In this document: positions 27,001 to 41,644 of the stretch, piece after piece
Position numbering within the stretch: the first letter of the stretch is position 1
How the letters are laid out: each line of letters opens with the position of its first letter
Assembly (NCBI GenBank): GCA_051362555.1
Contig: CM120640.1
Location: forward strand, 5,146,001 to 5,210,000
Direction: 5' to 3'
DNA from: Lingula anatina
Taxonomy: Eukaryota > Animalia > Brachiopoda
DNA: 64,000 nucleotides
Program-made: the position numbers and the translations under genes
The notes under the pieces: model-generated
What the model saw: only the letters and a program-made list of their open reading frames with translations
Database searches by the model: none
What the model was told of the DNA's origin: nothing

Positions 27001-29814
27001 CATATCTGAAATGCAGGAGAATAACTAACCATAACTAACATTTAAAACATTTCATACAAGTAAACTATACTAAATGTTTCTGTTTTCTGGGATATGATTT
27101 TTTAAAACTTTGTGTTCATGTTTGATTGCACAAACATGACTACTTTTTGCTTATAACTTGCTTTACTTCTGACTTACTGAGGAAATATATACGTACACCT
27201 TAGTTTGTCCATCAGTTTTCCAGCACACATAGTTGTGAGGCTGACTTTGATGAAAAACACTCTCATTTTGCCTTTGCTTTTTCTAAAATGAAACAAAAAG
27301 TACACATTTAAGTAAAAATATGGCATTTTCTACAGAATATCATTACAAAAAGCTTTTCTGCATATTCATATTAACATCAACTTTCTAATGCCGTTTGAAA
27401 ATCATGGGATATGAAAAATTGGCAATTGCAGTAGAAAAACCTGTCTCAACAGTCAGAATCGTCTTCACCAAATCAAATCAGCAATGCTGACAAGACAGTC
27501 TTTTCAGAATCATTTAATGTACATTAATACATACAAACAATTCTGACATTTTCTAAAAGCTACCTATCAGATAATTAACTCAACTTATAAATATTACAAC
27601 AGATAGTTACTTTTCACAAGCACTCAGCAACCAGCTGAGGGTTAAATTAATGCTTTTGTCTACATTAATCTGCTGGTTGGGAGGTAGCCTCTTGTTTAAA
27701 TGGGAATATATAGTTGTCAGCAATGACTGTAGTTTAGAGATGTTCACTTCCATGCCATGGTCTAGTGTGTGGAGGCCACTCTCTCGGAATGCCTCGATCA
27801 TATTCCACAGGTCCACTAGCCCCACTGAAATATAATATAAAACAGATTAAAGTGAAACATAATCCACACAATAAAAAAGCAAAATATAACATTACCATGT
27901 ATTACTGGGGTGCACTACCCTTTTTTTTTCTTTTTTTTTTTTGCTTTGACCGAATTCCTTTACTAACAGGATTTTTTTTCTTTGCTAAAATCAATTGTGT
28001 AAAGCATTCACTGAAATATCTGACCATTTTGAGATTTTTTCATTTTTTTTTTCAGAAAATAGCCCACTATAAGCTGTAATTGGTTAAAAAAACTCAAGTA
28101 TTTAATGAAAAAAAAAAAGAGGTTGCCATTTCAGCAGACGCAACAGGATGTGCCAAACATATATTCATCAAAATCAAAACTAAAGCAACATTTCCTTTTA
28201 ACACTTGTCTTATTTTTCCTGGCTGACCCTGAAAAGGAAGACGTGGAATGTTTGGAATCCCATAAAAAAGAGAAAATCAGGGTCAATGCAATATTTTTAC
28301 TGTCCCTAATTCTTAGCATCATACAATGCAGAAATTCTTATCACACTGTTTAAACTAAAGAGCTTATTCACCAGACTTTTACATCTTTCATTCCAGATTA
28401 CAAATACTGAAGGCATCAACTTTTTTTCCACGAAAAAATATAAATGTCAAGCATCAAGTGGGAATACGTATAAAAACCAGGGTGTTATATCACTGTTTCT
28501 GGCAACAACACAATGTACACACAGTTGCTTATTTTCTTAAAATCTAAGATGTCAGTTGGTCTTTCATTTCCACATTGTTAAACTTGGGCCTCACAAAACA
28601 CTGCATCTTACTCACATTCCCAAGACAGACGTGTTAGGCCTATATACTGTATTGTTTTCAAGACTCAGTGAGATAAAATAGGGTTCATTTCCATTAAAAC
28701 TATCGGTCTCCATAGATTGATCCAAATCAGAGGGGAATTCCACTGAACCCAAGCAGTTCAACGTCTCCTTTTGTTTCCAATGTACTTGTATAATCGCCAG
28801 TTTTTCTGTATTCTACTATCTAACTATATACATTTATCTATATATAATTTATCTGTTAAACTGATGGCATTCAGCAAGGGTCCTCAAGGAGTTGGATTGA
28901 TCTATGAAGACCAACAGTTTCACTGGGAATGAGCCCATAGATTCCACTGCCACACTGGCAATGACCTTAAACACTTTATGCATAAAGATATAATTCCAGT
29001 CATTTGTCAAATTTGAGCAGAAAATTACATCCCTTTGAATACATATTCCTTTCTGAATGCTGACTCAAACTTGCATTACATTAAGAACAGATGGAATGTG
29101 TGCATTTTTACATTCTGGAAAGCTCAAACTGAATTTAATTCCTATTTGTCTATCATGCATAATTTAAAATATCTAATGAAAAGTGTACTTGTCCAGTGGT
29201 TTTACTTGTATTTATCCCATCAATTATTCTGTTTGCCCTGCCAAGACTTTCTGCTCACAATACTCACAGTTTGTTTTCTTCTGGATGAAGCGAAGTTTAC
29301 ATGCTGTTCTGTAAGTGGCAAATCTGATGACATCATAATTTTGAGTTCCTGATAAAGAAAGAAAGTATTGTTTCGGTCATTTTTTTCTGAACACACCCAG
29401 TTGAAAAAAGTAAACAGAGACACAGAACCATTTTAAATTTAGAAACTCTTTGATGTTTATTTACACCCTCTTTTAAGTGGATGTAAACAATCAAAAGTCA
29501 TGACAAACTGTTTATCAATAAAAACCTATGCTCACTATATACAGAGAGATAACCTGAAAGACTTTTCTAAATATCACTTTAAAAAAGTGCAAAAACCAAT
29601 GAGAAAAACAAGAGAAAAGTTACCCAGAACACCATACCAGTTTTATTTTTCTAAAAACTGAACACTTTTCTTACACTAAACAATAAATACAACATATTAA
29701 ATCATCAAAGTGTTGTCCACTTACTCATCTCAGACATCATCTGCCTGTGTTCTATCATGGACTTGGCTGTAGGACTGATGTCCTCAGGCATACTGTCCAG
29801 TGCTCCCAGGTGAC
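5691..29814 (-). CDS. DTNB: Dystrobrevin, common exons (transcription order): 29725-29814, 29268-29348, 27611-27824, 27197-27282, 26854-27005, 26307-26415, 25526-25692, 21361-21491, 16907-17002, 13399-13504, 9719-9804, 9025-9232, 8116-8368, 7767-7826, 7429-7594, 6909-7065, 5691-5825
   Basis: Translation: [66 protein letters not shown] (EF-hand region), [38 protein letters not shown] (ZZ zinc finger), [15 protein letters not shown], coiled coil [64 protein letters not shown]-terminus [11 protein letters not shown]. About 757 aa from ATG 29791; all phases match. An invertebrate gene would be co-orthologous to DTNA and DTNB. Confidence 0.95.
10180..10497. repeat. Degenerate 50-bp minisatellite, about 6 copies
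   Basis: Unit TGCTGACATATTGTGTGTGATATTGTTGATGATATACTGTTTATGACTGT, clearest at 10381-10430 and 10431-10480. Confidence 0.8.
11443..11505 (-). CDS. Candidate dystrobrevin cassette exon ([21 protein letters not shown])
   Basis: 63 nt, TTTATTGTAG acceptor, GAT|GTAAGT donor, phase 0-0 matching both flanking exons, no stop codon. Confidence 0.6.
14965..15056. repeat. Compound (CT)n(TA)n microsatellite
   Basis: Read directly from the sequence. Confidence 0.95.
18770..18846 (-). CDS. Candidate internal first exon of a short dystrobrevin isoform ([26 protein letters not shown])
   Basis: ATG 18846 preceded by an in-frame TAA; AAG|GTAAAG donor; phase 2 matches the next exon acceptor at 17002. Confidence 0.5.
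28681..28936. mobile_element. PIF/Harbinger (Tourist)-like MITE, family A
   Basis: About 45-bp imperfect TIRs GGGTTCATTTCCATTAAAACT..CATAGATTGATCCAA / TTGGATTGATCTATG..AGTTTCACTGGGAATGAGCCC; 3-bp flanks ATA/ATA. Confidence 0.75.
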
Positions 29815-32800
29815 CTGCGAAGGAGACAAAAAAATCGGTCAGAAACTGCAAGCACTGCTTCAATAAAACAGACACAAATATAATGCCTGGCTGGAGCAGG
29901 AGCAGTAGGTTGTTTCATCAGTGAAGTGGATTAAAGATACAGACTTAATACACTTGTTCCTATCTTACTGTACAATCTTTCAACACTGGAGCCAAGAAAA
30001 CCAGTTGGAAATGGGGCAAAAGTTGCAGCGCTGACAAGCAAGAGAGAGTGTCAGTCACCTCCTGCCCCAAGTGAAACACTTCTTTCCTCTTTTGAGATTA
30101 AAACTTCTCAGAGACTAAGGGACCGACTGTGTCAAAATAAAGCTAGAGTGACACAGTGCAGCAATAAAAACAGAAACCTCAGGAACAATCACACTTGATA
30201 GGCATTTTAAAAGTTCAGCCTGCTAAATCTACATGGCTTAAGTGCTGGTGCAAGTAAAAAAAAAATCGCTCTCTCCTGAAAAATGTCTTCATTAGTATTA
30301 GGAACAGTTCCAATGAGCTAATGCAGAGAATATGTCATGGATCCATTGGATGTAAGATGATTTATAACAGATACATGTAGCTTTCACAAGCAAACAGACA
30401 TTATCGTTATTTAACTTTTGATACTAGTAACCATGTATGATGATCCCAGCGTCAGAATGATCCCAGCATCAGAATGAAGTGTTCTATACCAATATTGAGA
30501 GATGCTCATAGAGATCTAGTTTATCAAGATGATACATGACAGTGCAGTAAGGTAATACACCTGGATACAGTGGCTGAGTACCACTATTCAGACCTGAAAG
30601 CTTTTAGACAGCCAAATGATCCCTGTGGATGCCACAATTACCTCCTCCAATATATAACCATTGTGTCTACGTGATTTATCATATAATCAAAGGCTAATGA
30701 AGTACCTGGACTGCCCCAGGCAGACCAGGGAAAAGATACACTGGATTAAACTTATACATTAAGATGGCATTTGGTCATCTCTCTTCAAAAATCTGAATCA
30801 GCTACAGAGATTTCAAAATTTCATCCCCTATTGACAAAACATTTTTCTACCTTTATTTGCATGGTAAGGTTATAAGGCCTCAAGTGGCTAATAATGCAAG
30901 GGGGGATTAAATCTTAACTAATGAATAGGAGGCAAAATACATAATTGCAAAATATTTCACCTTGAAGGTAGGTACTTAAACACTCCTTCTGACAACCAGA
31001 GAAAACAGAAAAACAAGTCTCAATCATTTATACAATGGTAACAAAATTAGGTTCCATTATTTCAATAATAAATGTCAAAGTTACCACCACCACCTTATTT
31101 TACTGTAAATTTCTAATAGCCCCAAGAGAATACCAGATCCCCAGAAGAAAGCTGGTACCATACAGAGGACAGGGATTATTATCCAAGTAATATTCTAGGA
31201 AATGGGTCAACATTATTGTGTTTAATTTCCATATCAATCAATAAGTCTGTCTGTCCTGCCAAGCCTGGAGGGTGGTTCTATCCCCAAGTAATCACTTCAT
31301 CTTCTATGAACAAACATTTTCATGGAAAACATGACTACTATGAAAACAATGTTCAGTCTCAGTTTGTTCCATTTCATAAATGCCACGGTATATTTATCTT
31401 ACTTTTTATAAAGACAATATTTGAGATGCTTTTACTTCATGATACCTAAGAGGATCTAAATTCCCAGACAACTCAATCTAGTTATCAGACGAGGAGAAAG
31501 TGTCTTTCGTTGTCCCTGTACAGTATGACTATGCCTTGAAATTATTTTAATATCCATTTTCATGGCTAGTGGATAAAGTAGGGCTAACTCAATGATTCAA
31601 CATTTTTACAAGCTCAAAACATCAAATCATCTGTCTTAACTTGTGATGCCAAGCAAGTCAGGACAGGTCCCTTTGGAGAGAGAGCTGTGTCCAGGCACTT
31701 CAGATTATGGCTGAAATTATTTGCTTGGCATGGTCTATGATGAAATGAATAAAATATGCAAAAGACAAACAGTCTTCTGTATTCAGAACTCAACCAGCTA
31801 TTCTGACCAGAATAAAATAATAAAAACAAAGGGATTCTTTTCCATTTTTCTCCTTTTTAAAAATTAGTTTTTTTTCACAAATACACAGGAATAGTCTGAC
31901 TCATTTCATATTGCAACCTGCTGAACTCAAATCAAAAGGCAGCCCATCAATGTGAGACGAGCATCCAAAACATTTGTCTCTTGATCTTTCACAACACAAC
32001 CCTATCAGCCATCAGTTGACATTCTTGTCTCAAGTTCAGCTATAATGACCTTCCTTATGTTACCAGCGACCACTGCTCCCAATCCATCTCTTTGTGTGCA
32101 GGGCTCAGGGCCAGAACTTTGACAGTTACAGTTACAAGTATTTTTTTTTTTACATGCTGACCGTGGTCATCCATCCTGGCAGTGGACAGTGGAAGTGGAC
32201 ACCAGGCATTCTTTCTCCAAGTGCATGACCACAACACTTCAAAAACAACGCTGTATCACCTTGGTATTAAATGTGAGAGTATAATTTATAGTTATTTTAG
32301 CCAGTAAAAGTTACCCATTTCATTTCGTCATCACAAAGCCATGTTTCATTTCATATGGCAAGGTGTTATCTCAAGTTGACATGTTAAAGACCCATGTTAT
32401 CCCCCCTTATCTCATTAAATCTGTCCCAAATCCTTGCTCTTCATCATAATTATCTGATTCTTAATTAGTCTTCATCAAGATTACACTAATGGTGTAAAGC
32501 TCCTTTTCTCCTTAATGTTCTCCAAGCCAAGATGAAGATGGTATTTTAACTTTAAAAGAAAATCTTTTCAATTAAAGAAAACACATCACCTCTATATTTT
32601 ACTTTACTTTTTTCGCTTTTATATCCCATAACAAAGACAGAAAATGTGATTCAAAAATATTTAAAAACAAACTAAATTCCAATCAGAAAATAACTGCAAC
32701 CAGGAAATTTTGAAAAAATATGGTATTCAAATAAATAAGGTGCTTTTAATTCTATTAGTAATTACGTCATGGTACATGGAATATAAATAACAACCTCTGT

Positions 32801-34761
32801 TTTGATGTAATGTCACCCAACAGTCAACTGAATGGGACGAGGCATCTTGTACCTCTCCTAAAGAAAAAAATTGCCAAACAATATAGGTTGGGAAATTGTG
32901 TGTGGACAAAATAGGGGATAATGGTTGCCTGTCTGTGCATGTGCACTACCTGCCAATGAGTCTAATCTACACAGTTAACTTGAGGTTCAGGTCTTTTGTG
33001 TGTCTATTTTTGCCAGTCTCTTTCCCACACAAAAAAGTCTCAAATTATGAACATTGTAAGAAGAGGAAATGAGCTGAGACCACATAATAACGGGAAGCTT
33101 TCAGTGTGTTGACTAATACACAAAACACAGACATCACTTGGGAAGAAGCACACATTGTGAGGGCTTTAAAGGGGATTTAAGTAAAAAAAATCATTTCCTA
33201 AAAAGAGTTGTCAGTAATCTAAAATGAGTTCCCATTGACTAATATTTAAGGTCTATCTTCTTGTCTGTGATCAGGCCAACTGAGGTTAATCTCTGCAGAT
33301 CAGGCAGGCAATACAATACTGCACAACCACTGGAGTCTCCATAGGTACGCCGACTGGATCAACCTTTTTTGGGGCTTTTATTAGTTTCCCTACTGGCTAA
33401 ATCTTTTAAAGTATTTTAGTTGTCAATATATTGTCTGCATGAGCAAATCAGATATTTGACCCTAATTCTATTTTATATGAAAACTGTCATAACATAATAA
33501 TAACCCTGCTACCGTGGCATACTTATAGGCTTCAAATCATGAACACATACTAAATTGACAGTTAATTTGCCAATGTTGTCAATAGGAGGTGAGAGGCAAG
33601 GTCACGGGTTATCTTATCCCAATCTTCATCTGGCCTTGTAGTTCTGGGCCAATAAACCACATTACTGGTCAGCAATGGTAAGACTTCCCAGTTAATGAAG
33701 GCCAGGTTTTCTTATCAGATGTTTCCACACATATCCGGAGTCCTTCCGCTGTGTAAGCTACAGTTTCCTTGCACATAATGTTCTCAACATCAATCAGTGG
33801 TTTTTAACCGTTTTCATTTCTTGTAAATATCAGAAAGTGAAGTAATTACATTATCTTCAAAAAATTGAATAATAATAATAATTATAATTGTTATAATTTA
33901 CTGAACTTTATTAAATACATGTGGTAGATTTCTAGCTCCATAACTACATTTAATATAATTGTATTTCATATCTGGCCATAATGACGGCAGATGCATACAA
34001 GTATCAAAACTGAGGAAGTCATCAGAAACTTGGGGAGATGATTGCTATTTCTCTCTGCAGCTAATTGCACATTTAGTTATTTTTACTTTACATTTAGCTC
34101 TACATTTCCCAATTACATGAAGCAGATATCATATTAGGCCCTAAAACAAACATGTGGGGCATTAACTTGCAGGAGAAAAGTTTTCACTTTTGACTCCATA
34201 TTTGCACACCTATGTAGCTTGAAGGTAGCGGGTACCATCTCATTTAGTATGACAAAGGCAATATATGGCTAATAGGAGCTTATGTAATCCAGACTCTGGA
34301 ATGCACCAACTTTATTGCTATCATTACTTCAACATGAAAGGCATCCTGTATTAAGGCAGCTGACCATGATAGACACCTGAAGATTCAATACCTTGAATCA
34401 GGTGACAGTGTACGGAATGGCACTTAATTAAAAGCTAAAAACGCCAGGGGGACGTTGTGGCCTACCTCAATGGCATAACTGTTTGATTTTAGATGGAAGC
34501 GAGTCAAGCTACCTTTTTGGTAAATCTACCTGTATTTGTCCTCCTTCTATATTCTAGATGGACTGGTTTATAACGGAAGACAGTGCTGTTATTATGGGAC
34601 CATTATAATCCATTGAAAGCTGTGCACTGGTCCCCAACTGATCCCAAACCCATCAAAACTTTCCATGCCCAACTTTGTTTTCCTTTTTCAAATCCTGGAG
34701 GCACTGCCATAACTGCCTCCATAAAAATATGAAAAATTAACCCAACTTCACACCCACTTAC

Positions 34762-34951
34762 CCTTGCTGTCATTATCATCCTGTGTGCTATTGATAAGGT
34801 CCACACCATTATTATTTTTACTATCACTTTCATATTCCTTTTGCTCGGGCTCTTTTTTCTCCTCAATCACAACAGTAGTCAGCTTCCCTGGTTTTCTTTG
34901 ACTGTAGTTTATCCATACAAAATCAGAAACTTTGCAGCTCCCCCCAAACAT
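34762..34951 (-). CDS. Dystrobrevin alternative first coding exon (63 aa, MFGGSCKVSDFVWINYSQ...QDDNDSK-G)
   Basis: 190-nt open frame from ATG 34951 to an AGG|GTAAGT donor, phase 1; hydrophilic, protein-like composition. Confidence 0.65.
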
Positions 34952-37014
34952 GATTAGGTCCTGTGTTCTTCCTCAGCCTCTGTGGCCATGCACACACTGA
35001 TGCAGACTGTGTTTATGGGGCCTTCTTTACTGTCATGAATGTCTGACTGGTCCACCCTAATTTTAGGGAGAGGCACAGGGTATAACACCAAAAAGAAAAG
35101 AGTTGCAATGTGGTCACCTTTTTAAGTCCTACTGTCAATTCCAAATACATTCTATAGCTTAATTGGGATTATTGTCATAAAACAGTAAGCACAATTTGCA
35201 CCTTCAGGTTTTTCCATGTTGAATTTGTTTTTGAAGCAACTAATCAATATTTCTTTCACTCTCTCCCCTCTTTTGTAAACCATCTACCAGAAGCTGAAAG
35301 CTGACACTGCAGAGGATCTGCATCCCCAAGGGGGATATACAAAGCCAGCCTCTATTGATTGTTTCCTTGTTGAAAGGACTAGAGGGACAATTCTACACAT
35401 ACACGGACCAAAAACGATAGGGGCAGTAATTTACACAGATTAAAAAAAGTTTTTGATGGACGCCAGGAGTATAAAAGCAAGATAACTAAATTTGGAAGGT
35501 TTTTCATGCACATGAAGTACTACAGAATTGCATTTAGTTTCAGGCTATCAGCTACCTATGCATGTAATTCAATTTTTTGTTTATGAACAGAGAATCAAAC
35601 AAAAGCAAGAGAAACCAATCAAACTTTTTTCCACCGATTTGTGGTGGTATCAATTGGGTTTTAGTCTGACAAAATATTGATTTCAGTGAAAATCAGTTGA
35701 AAACATTGAGGTCCTAGGAATAGAGAAGAGGCACTGGCCAGTCAAAACTGGTAAATGTACAGACAACCTACATATATCTCAGTTGAAGTACTTGAAAAAA
35801 AATCCTGTGCACTGAATAATAATAATACATGTAATTAAGCCTGGCTTATGACACTAAGATGTTTGAAAGAAAAGAAATCTTCTTTAAGCTTCAGTAAAAA
35901 GGCAGCAATAAGCTAAAGTACCTAAAATAATTATCGGACAAATAATTGGATTAATTCAATTGGGTCCATTATCAATTCAAACTTGATCTGCATATCAGGC
36001 CCACAGGTACTCATAACTCCAGCAAGTTCCTGCTTACATTTACACTGTACCATTTGAATAACAGTGTCAACTAAACTCAATGATTTTTTAAAACAAATAA
36101 ATGAATTTTTTAAAATCAGGACCAAAATTATAGAAAAAATTATCTAAAATCTAATATGCTATTTTTTAACTTGACTTGCATTTGAAGACAATGAGATACC
36201 ACTACAATTCTAAAACAATATGCAACATAACCTCTTAGCTATTGCTGTATAGTAATAAGAAATGGTCACAACTAGAGCATCTGCACCACAGGCAGCTGTA
36301 AATGATGACATAAAATACACACTACTGTGTCTGTATGTAAAAAGACAAGTTCACTAGATGTGGAACTTTCTATATATAGTATTATCTTGAGTGTAATTAA
36401 AATTGTTGAGGTTATAACACTGATGTGGTGTTCAAATTAGAGCAATTAAAAAAAAAATCTGCTTGAGGGAGGCCAAAAAAGTTCAAAATCAAAACTTTTC
36501 TGTTATTGATAATTTAAGAAAATGACACTAGCTCAGAAATATAAAAATTTAATGCATGTTTTACTGCTTATAATGAGGTATTTTTTACACCATAATAATT
36601 TCAAGGAAATAAATTCTAAAAATTTTGAAATTAAAAAAATTTATGTCAGCCAGAGGCATTTTTTAAAAGAGCTACTCGCTCACTAGTGTCATCTTGATAT
36701 GAAAATTAACATTGACCACATCTTAATCTATAGCCAACTTTTACTTCCTAAACTTAACTTTCAAGGCAAAAATTTTAAGGTGCACTGGCAAATTTTGCAT
36801 ATTCACTAATAATTCTGACTTAATCTTCTCATAAAGAAGTTCAGAAAATATTTCTTCGAGGTAATTTGTTTGGTATCTGCTCATCACAACAACCTTTAGA
36901 ATAGCTGACCAGAAAATGAAAACACCTTCCACATGCATGAACCCAGACTTAACGAGAACGAACAAGGTAAGAGGGCCATTTTAGAGCCCGAATGTAAACA
37001 TTTACAGACCTCAC

Positions 37015-37033
37015 CTGAATCCCAGCTAGACAT
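37015..37033 (-). CDS. Possible short dystrobrevin alternative first exon (MSSWDS-G)
   Basis: AACATG start, CAG|GTGAGG donor, 19 nt, phase 1; short enough to arise by chance. Confidence 0.3.
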
Positions 37034-37182
37034 GTTAATAAAACAACTCACAGAACATACCTCACTGTAAAGTCACAGCATGCACTAATACACAAAGTAA
37101 TATTCCAGAACAGCAACTGCTGCTGTGCACAGGGAGATAAGACACATTTAGAGCTCTGGCAAAACACGAGCTGGACTAATAA

Positions 37183-37460
37183 GGGACCATTCCCAGAGCC
37201 TATCGTACTAACTATCTCCAAGGAGATTCTCGCTAAATTATGATCTATCTCCAAGGAGATTATCGCTAAATTGCTATCAAGTAAAGTGGCTTAAATGTCT
37301 CGCATGCCCACTGAAGCTGTTAGGGGGTAATTAACCATCATTTAGCAGCTTCAGTAGGTGTGCCAGACATCCAAGCTGTTTCAGCTAAAAGCAATTTAGC
37401 GAGAAACCCCTTGAAGATGGATCGATCCTGTTAGATTGATCTAGGCATGGGAACCCAGTC
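37183..37460. mobile_element. PIF/Harbinger-like palindromic MITE, family A-related
   Basis: TAA flanks on both sides; ends GGGACCATTCCCA / TGGGAACCCAGTC; long imperfect hairpin centred on TAATTA near 37330; core shared with the 57887 copy. Confidence 0.65.
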
Positions 37461-38957
37461 TAAAACTTTGAACTTTAAACTTTGCTCAAAAATAGACTCA
37501 GTTTAGACCAAGATATGTAGAAAACTAAGGGCTCTTGCAGACACACACCTAACTTGACAAAACAAATTGTCACAAAAACATATTTATTGCAGATTACAGA
37601 TTATATACATATAACAGATTATAGAATTGATGAAGACCACTGATTTGGATTTTAAAAAGTCTATGCTCTGCAGGGTGTCTCATAACACCATTCTCAATAA
37701 CTAAGCACTAAAGGATTATAAAAAATGTACATATGAATAAGGACAAAGTTTCATTGTATTTTAATTCATTCTTCAACTGAATATTAATTGTTTGTTGTCC
37801 TACTGTGTCTATATCAGTAAAAACAAACCACCCTTTTTTTAGATAAGTCCCTTAACCAGTTAACCTGCAGATTGCCAAGTGGGTAAATTTTCATTGAAAA
37901 TTTTAGACTTGTAGTACAAAAATGAAGACTAAACAGTGGAACTGTACATATCTGATTCAATGAAAATTAATGCGAAAATTTATTAAGAACATCTCTCTGA
38001 TCTGACATGTCAAATACAACACAGCAAAACTCCTCCCAAACATTACTATGTAGTGTGCTGGCAGTGAGAGAAGGTAAAGCTATGGTGCATAAAGGTAAGA
38101 TCATTAAAACAACAATGTGGTAATAACAGTGTGGAAGTAAGCTAATGCAATCAGTGAGCCGCTGAAATGTCATTGTCACACCCTCGTGACCCAGTCTACA
38201 AAGAAGGGTCCCAGAACCAAAACAAACTTATGAATCAATACCTAACTTGATCGATTTATTCTGTTTCAATCAATAATATATTATGAGCAATGCAGTAGTA
38301 TGTAACAATGAATAAGGCAGACTGCAGCTCTAATAATGAATAGACCTAATTAGGATTTTCGAACCATGGAACTCCTTCATTATGAGCAAAAACCTAATTT
38401 GTAAGTTCGTAGGGAAAATGTAGTTTTCATTATATATACTACATTTATGAAACCATACATGTATTTGGAAAAATCAATTCTAATACCCAGTGCATATGTT
38501 CTCATGTTCTCAAGATATATTCTGTTGGGAAACTCTAAAAAATACCATTATTCAGTTTATTTCTTCAATACACAATCATAACACAAAGAATATACAGAAA
38601 ATGTCTTACACTACAAGAACCACATTAAAATATTTTCATCTCCTAAATCTCATATTTCTTCCAAATTTTTTTTTTCATCATTTCATATCAGTTGAATAAT
38701 GAAATAAAATAGTAATAATGATGGCAATAATAATAATAATAACAAATAATAATAATAATATCTATATTAATAATAATAATAATGTGTTCCTAATTTCAAT
38801 TTATCAAGTTAAACTAGTGGGAAAGAAGTGGCAAAAAGTTTTACAAAAGGTAAGCGGCACTGCGGGAATAAAAACACTATGGAATGGCTAGCCATATCTG
38901 TTTAGTATACCAGTACTTCAGACAGTGCTACAGGCAAACACTCTGTAAATAACTCAC

Positions 38958-39033
38958 CTCTCTCTAGGAGTTCACTGTTGATACTCTGAATAACATCACC
39001 AAAGTCATGTTGTGAATAATTCAATGACAACAT
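38958..39033 (-). CDS. Dystrobrevin alternative first coding exon (MLSLNYSQHDFGDVIQSINSELLER-G)
   Basis: Open frame from ATG 39033 to a GAG|GTGAGT donor, 76 nt, phase 1. Confidence 0.55.
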
Positions 39034-41644
39034 TATAAATCCTGTATATCTTGCACAGCGTAATACTTGAAAAAGAGAAAATGTCGAGTGTTCTCAAAGT
39101 GTCGTCAACACATGGTCAGTGTTCATCAGCCGCTATAAGGAAACTGCAATTTTTAAGTCGAAAGTACTTAAGTCAGGAAGTTACAGTGAAAATTCTTGTT
39201 AGAAAAATATACATCCTGTCCATGCCTTTTGCCTTAAAATACTGACCCCATACTGGGCATAAGGCAACTTTTTCAGTAAGTACACAACACTCATATCAGA
39301 ATATTGCTAAAGCACTAATTCATACCATCCATCAGAATACCCCTGTGGATAAGAGTTCTCACTGTATATTGATGTATTTGTATCTATATGTTTTGTTTTC
39401 GCAGGAGTCTTAGGTACTTTCTCTCATAAAAGACACCTTATAATCTAGGGAATGCTATCTGTGGTTTGTTATCTCATACTTGGCAATGAAAGGCTGCAAA
39501 AATTTAATCAGGCTGTCTTTGAGCAAAACAGATTTGGCTGCAACTGATACTTAATCAAATATTTTCTGTTTCAGCAATCAATGTGTAGTTGTATGTCTTA
39601 GGCACAGAAACATTACAAAGTGTCAGTGTACCACAGATGTCCCAAGTACAAGTCAGTGTGTGTCACTGGTCGCAATATAATTAAGTTTCATAAACCATAT
39701 TCCAGCAGTTCAGATTTTGTATCTATCGAGCCTCATAATATCATGTAATAAGCACAGTTCAGTGCCCATATGAAAGGTATCTAGCATCCAATATATCTCT
39801 TATCACCGGCCTGTGAGTGTGTACACAGTCCGAAGTAGGCACATACAGTCAGGAAGGGATTAGTGCAATATCACCGATATAACACATCTACAGAATGGCT
39901 CTGGTAGTGCTGCACAGAACTCTGCCAGCCAGTGGATGGATTTTACTTTTGACTGTCTATATATATATATGTAAAACAATGAGCTCCTGATGTGCACAGA
40001 GACAATGACATATGGATATTACACATCTGATTATGCCTCTCCATAACATTTATCCTCTATGGTATAGAGGCAGGAAAAATACACACAGATGCTCCATGTG
40101 CTTCTGTTTTCACATACAGACACACACACATGTGCCAGTATCATGTGCCCTGTATTTTGAATGCAATTGGTGCGTCTAGAAACCTGGTATTCCGTCCAAT
40201 GCTGTGCTAACAAAGTTGAAATGTTCCTCTAAAACAATCATACCAAAGAACAGCACCAATTCCGATGAGATGCAAAGTAATGCTAATTCCAATGAAAGAA
40301 AATAATTTTCTTGCTCAAAAACTGAAACCCACGTAAGCCTCAACTCATTCACCACCATTTTGTCTCCTCTCCATTTCATTCCCAGGACACCTCACAGAAA
40401 TGTCATCTTAATCATGACAAATTCCTCCTGGAGTTTTCCGTTCAATAGATGACCATGGGTTACAAAAACCAAGGATATCATGAACGGCTGACAATAAAGA
40501 ACTTCCCAGAAGAAAAACTGAACCAGCACATTTCCCAGCTGACTTTCTTAGCTGGCTAACAACCACACACAACTCTCACTATGCTTGCCTCTGTAAAGAT
40601 CCTCCTATAGCTCAATCAATATGACTGTGCCTTATTAATGTGAGACACTTCACGATGGATGATTAGGTCTGCATCTACAATTCTATGGGATATATTGTAC
40701 TCAGGTAATTGCTTGATCAATTGTTCAGGAAAAATATGTTGAAATGAAAAAAATGAGGAAATGAAAAACAGTAGCTATATTCTCTCTCTTTTCTCTTATC
40801 ACTTTTCAAACCCAAATTCATATTATCTTCCATTATTTTGTCACAAAGACTGCCAACCTCAAAGTCATCAAATTGTAAAAATGAATTATAAAAGCTCTTT
40901 AACTAGTTAGCTGTACTGGGGGTCACATAAACTGCTTATTGGAAACAATATACATCAGATGCAGAGTCTGAAAAAGGGGAAAGCATTGGAAAACAGACAA
41001 AACATTGATTCATTTCATTCAAACCCTATATAAACATTATTTTATGAATTTTTCTCTATGGAAATAGAATGGTTTCCATCAATGTTCACCATCTTCATGG
41101 AATGCAAGTCGACCATTATGAAATCTATGCAAAACAAGCATATCTTTTCAAAACATCCCTAAATATCTCAGTTTTTTGCACTAGTATATATAACTATCAC
41201 TTAAGTTTCAGCAAGGTCCTAATATTCTTTTTCTGGAAAATATCCTTCATTAATTTTACTCGGATTTCTTAAAAGCACCTGGACAAAAAAATCAATGGGT
41301 TTCTGAATAAACACATTAAACCAGTGTTTTACAATGCAAACAGCATTCTACTGACAAATTTCCCCAGACAAATGACAAGCCAACAGGCTATTTCCTGGTA
41401 AAATCCATGACAAGTAAAGCTATATGATAACCACAAACACACATACACGTAACACAATTCAACAGTTCTCAAAACCAAACTATTGTAAATCTTGCCTCAA
41501 CATATACCAATAGCCAACTGATGCCTATCATAAACTTTGAAAAGACATCCACTTTACTGACTTTAACTTGAGCCTTCATATCAGAGCTCATGATGAATTT
41601 TAGCCATACATATGATTTCATTATATTTTTAAACCAAAGCCTAC

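Noticed and set aside
30641-30770. Further ATG-plus-donor segments upstream of the first common dystrobrevin exon (also near 34465, 37060 and 42650)
   Set aside because: Donors fall in phase 0 or 2 relative to their ATG, so they are out of frame with the common exon.
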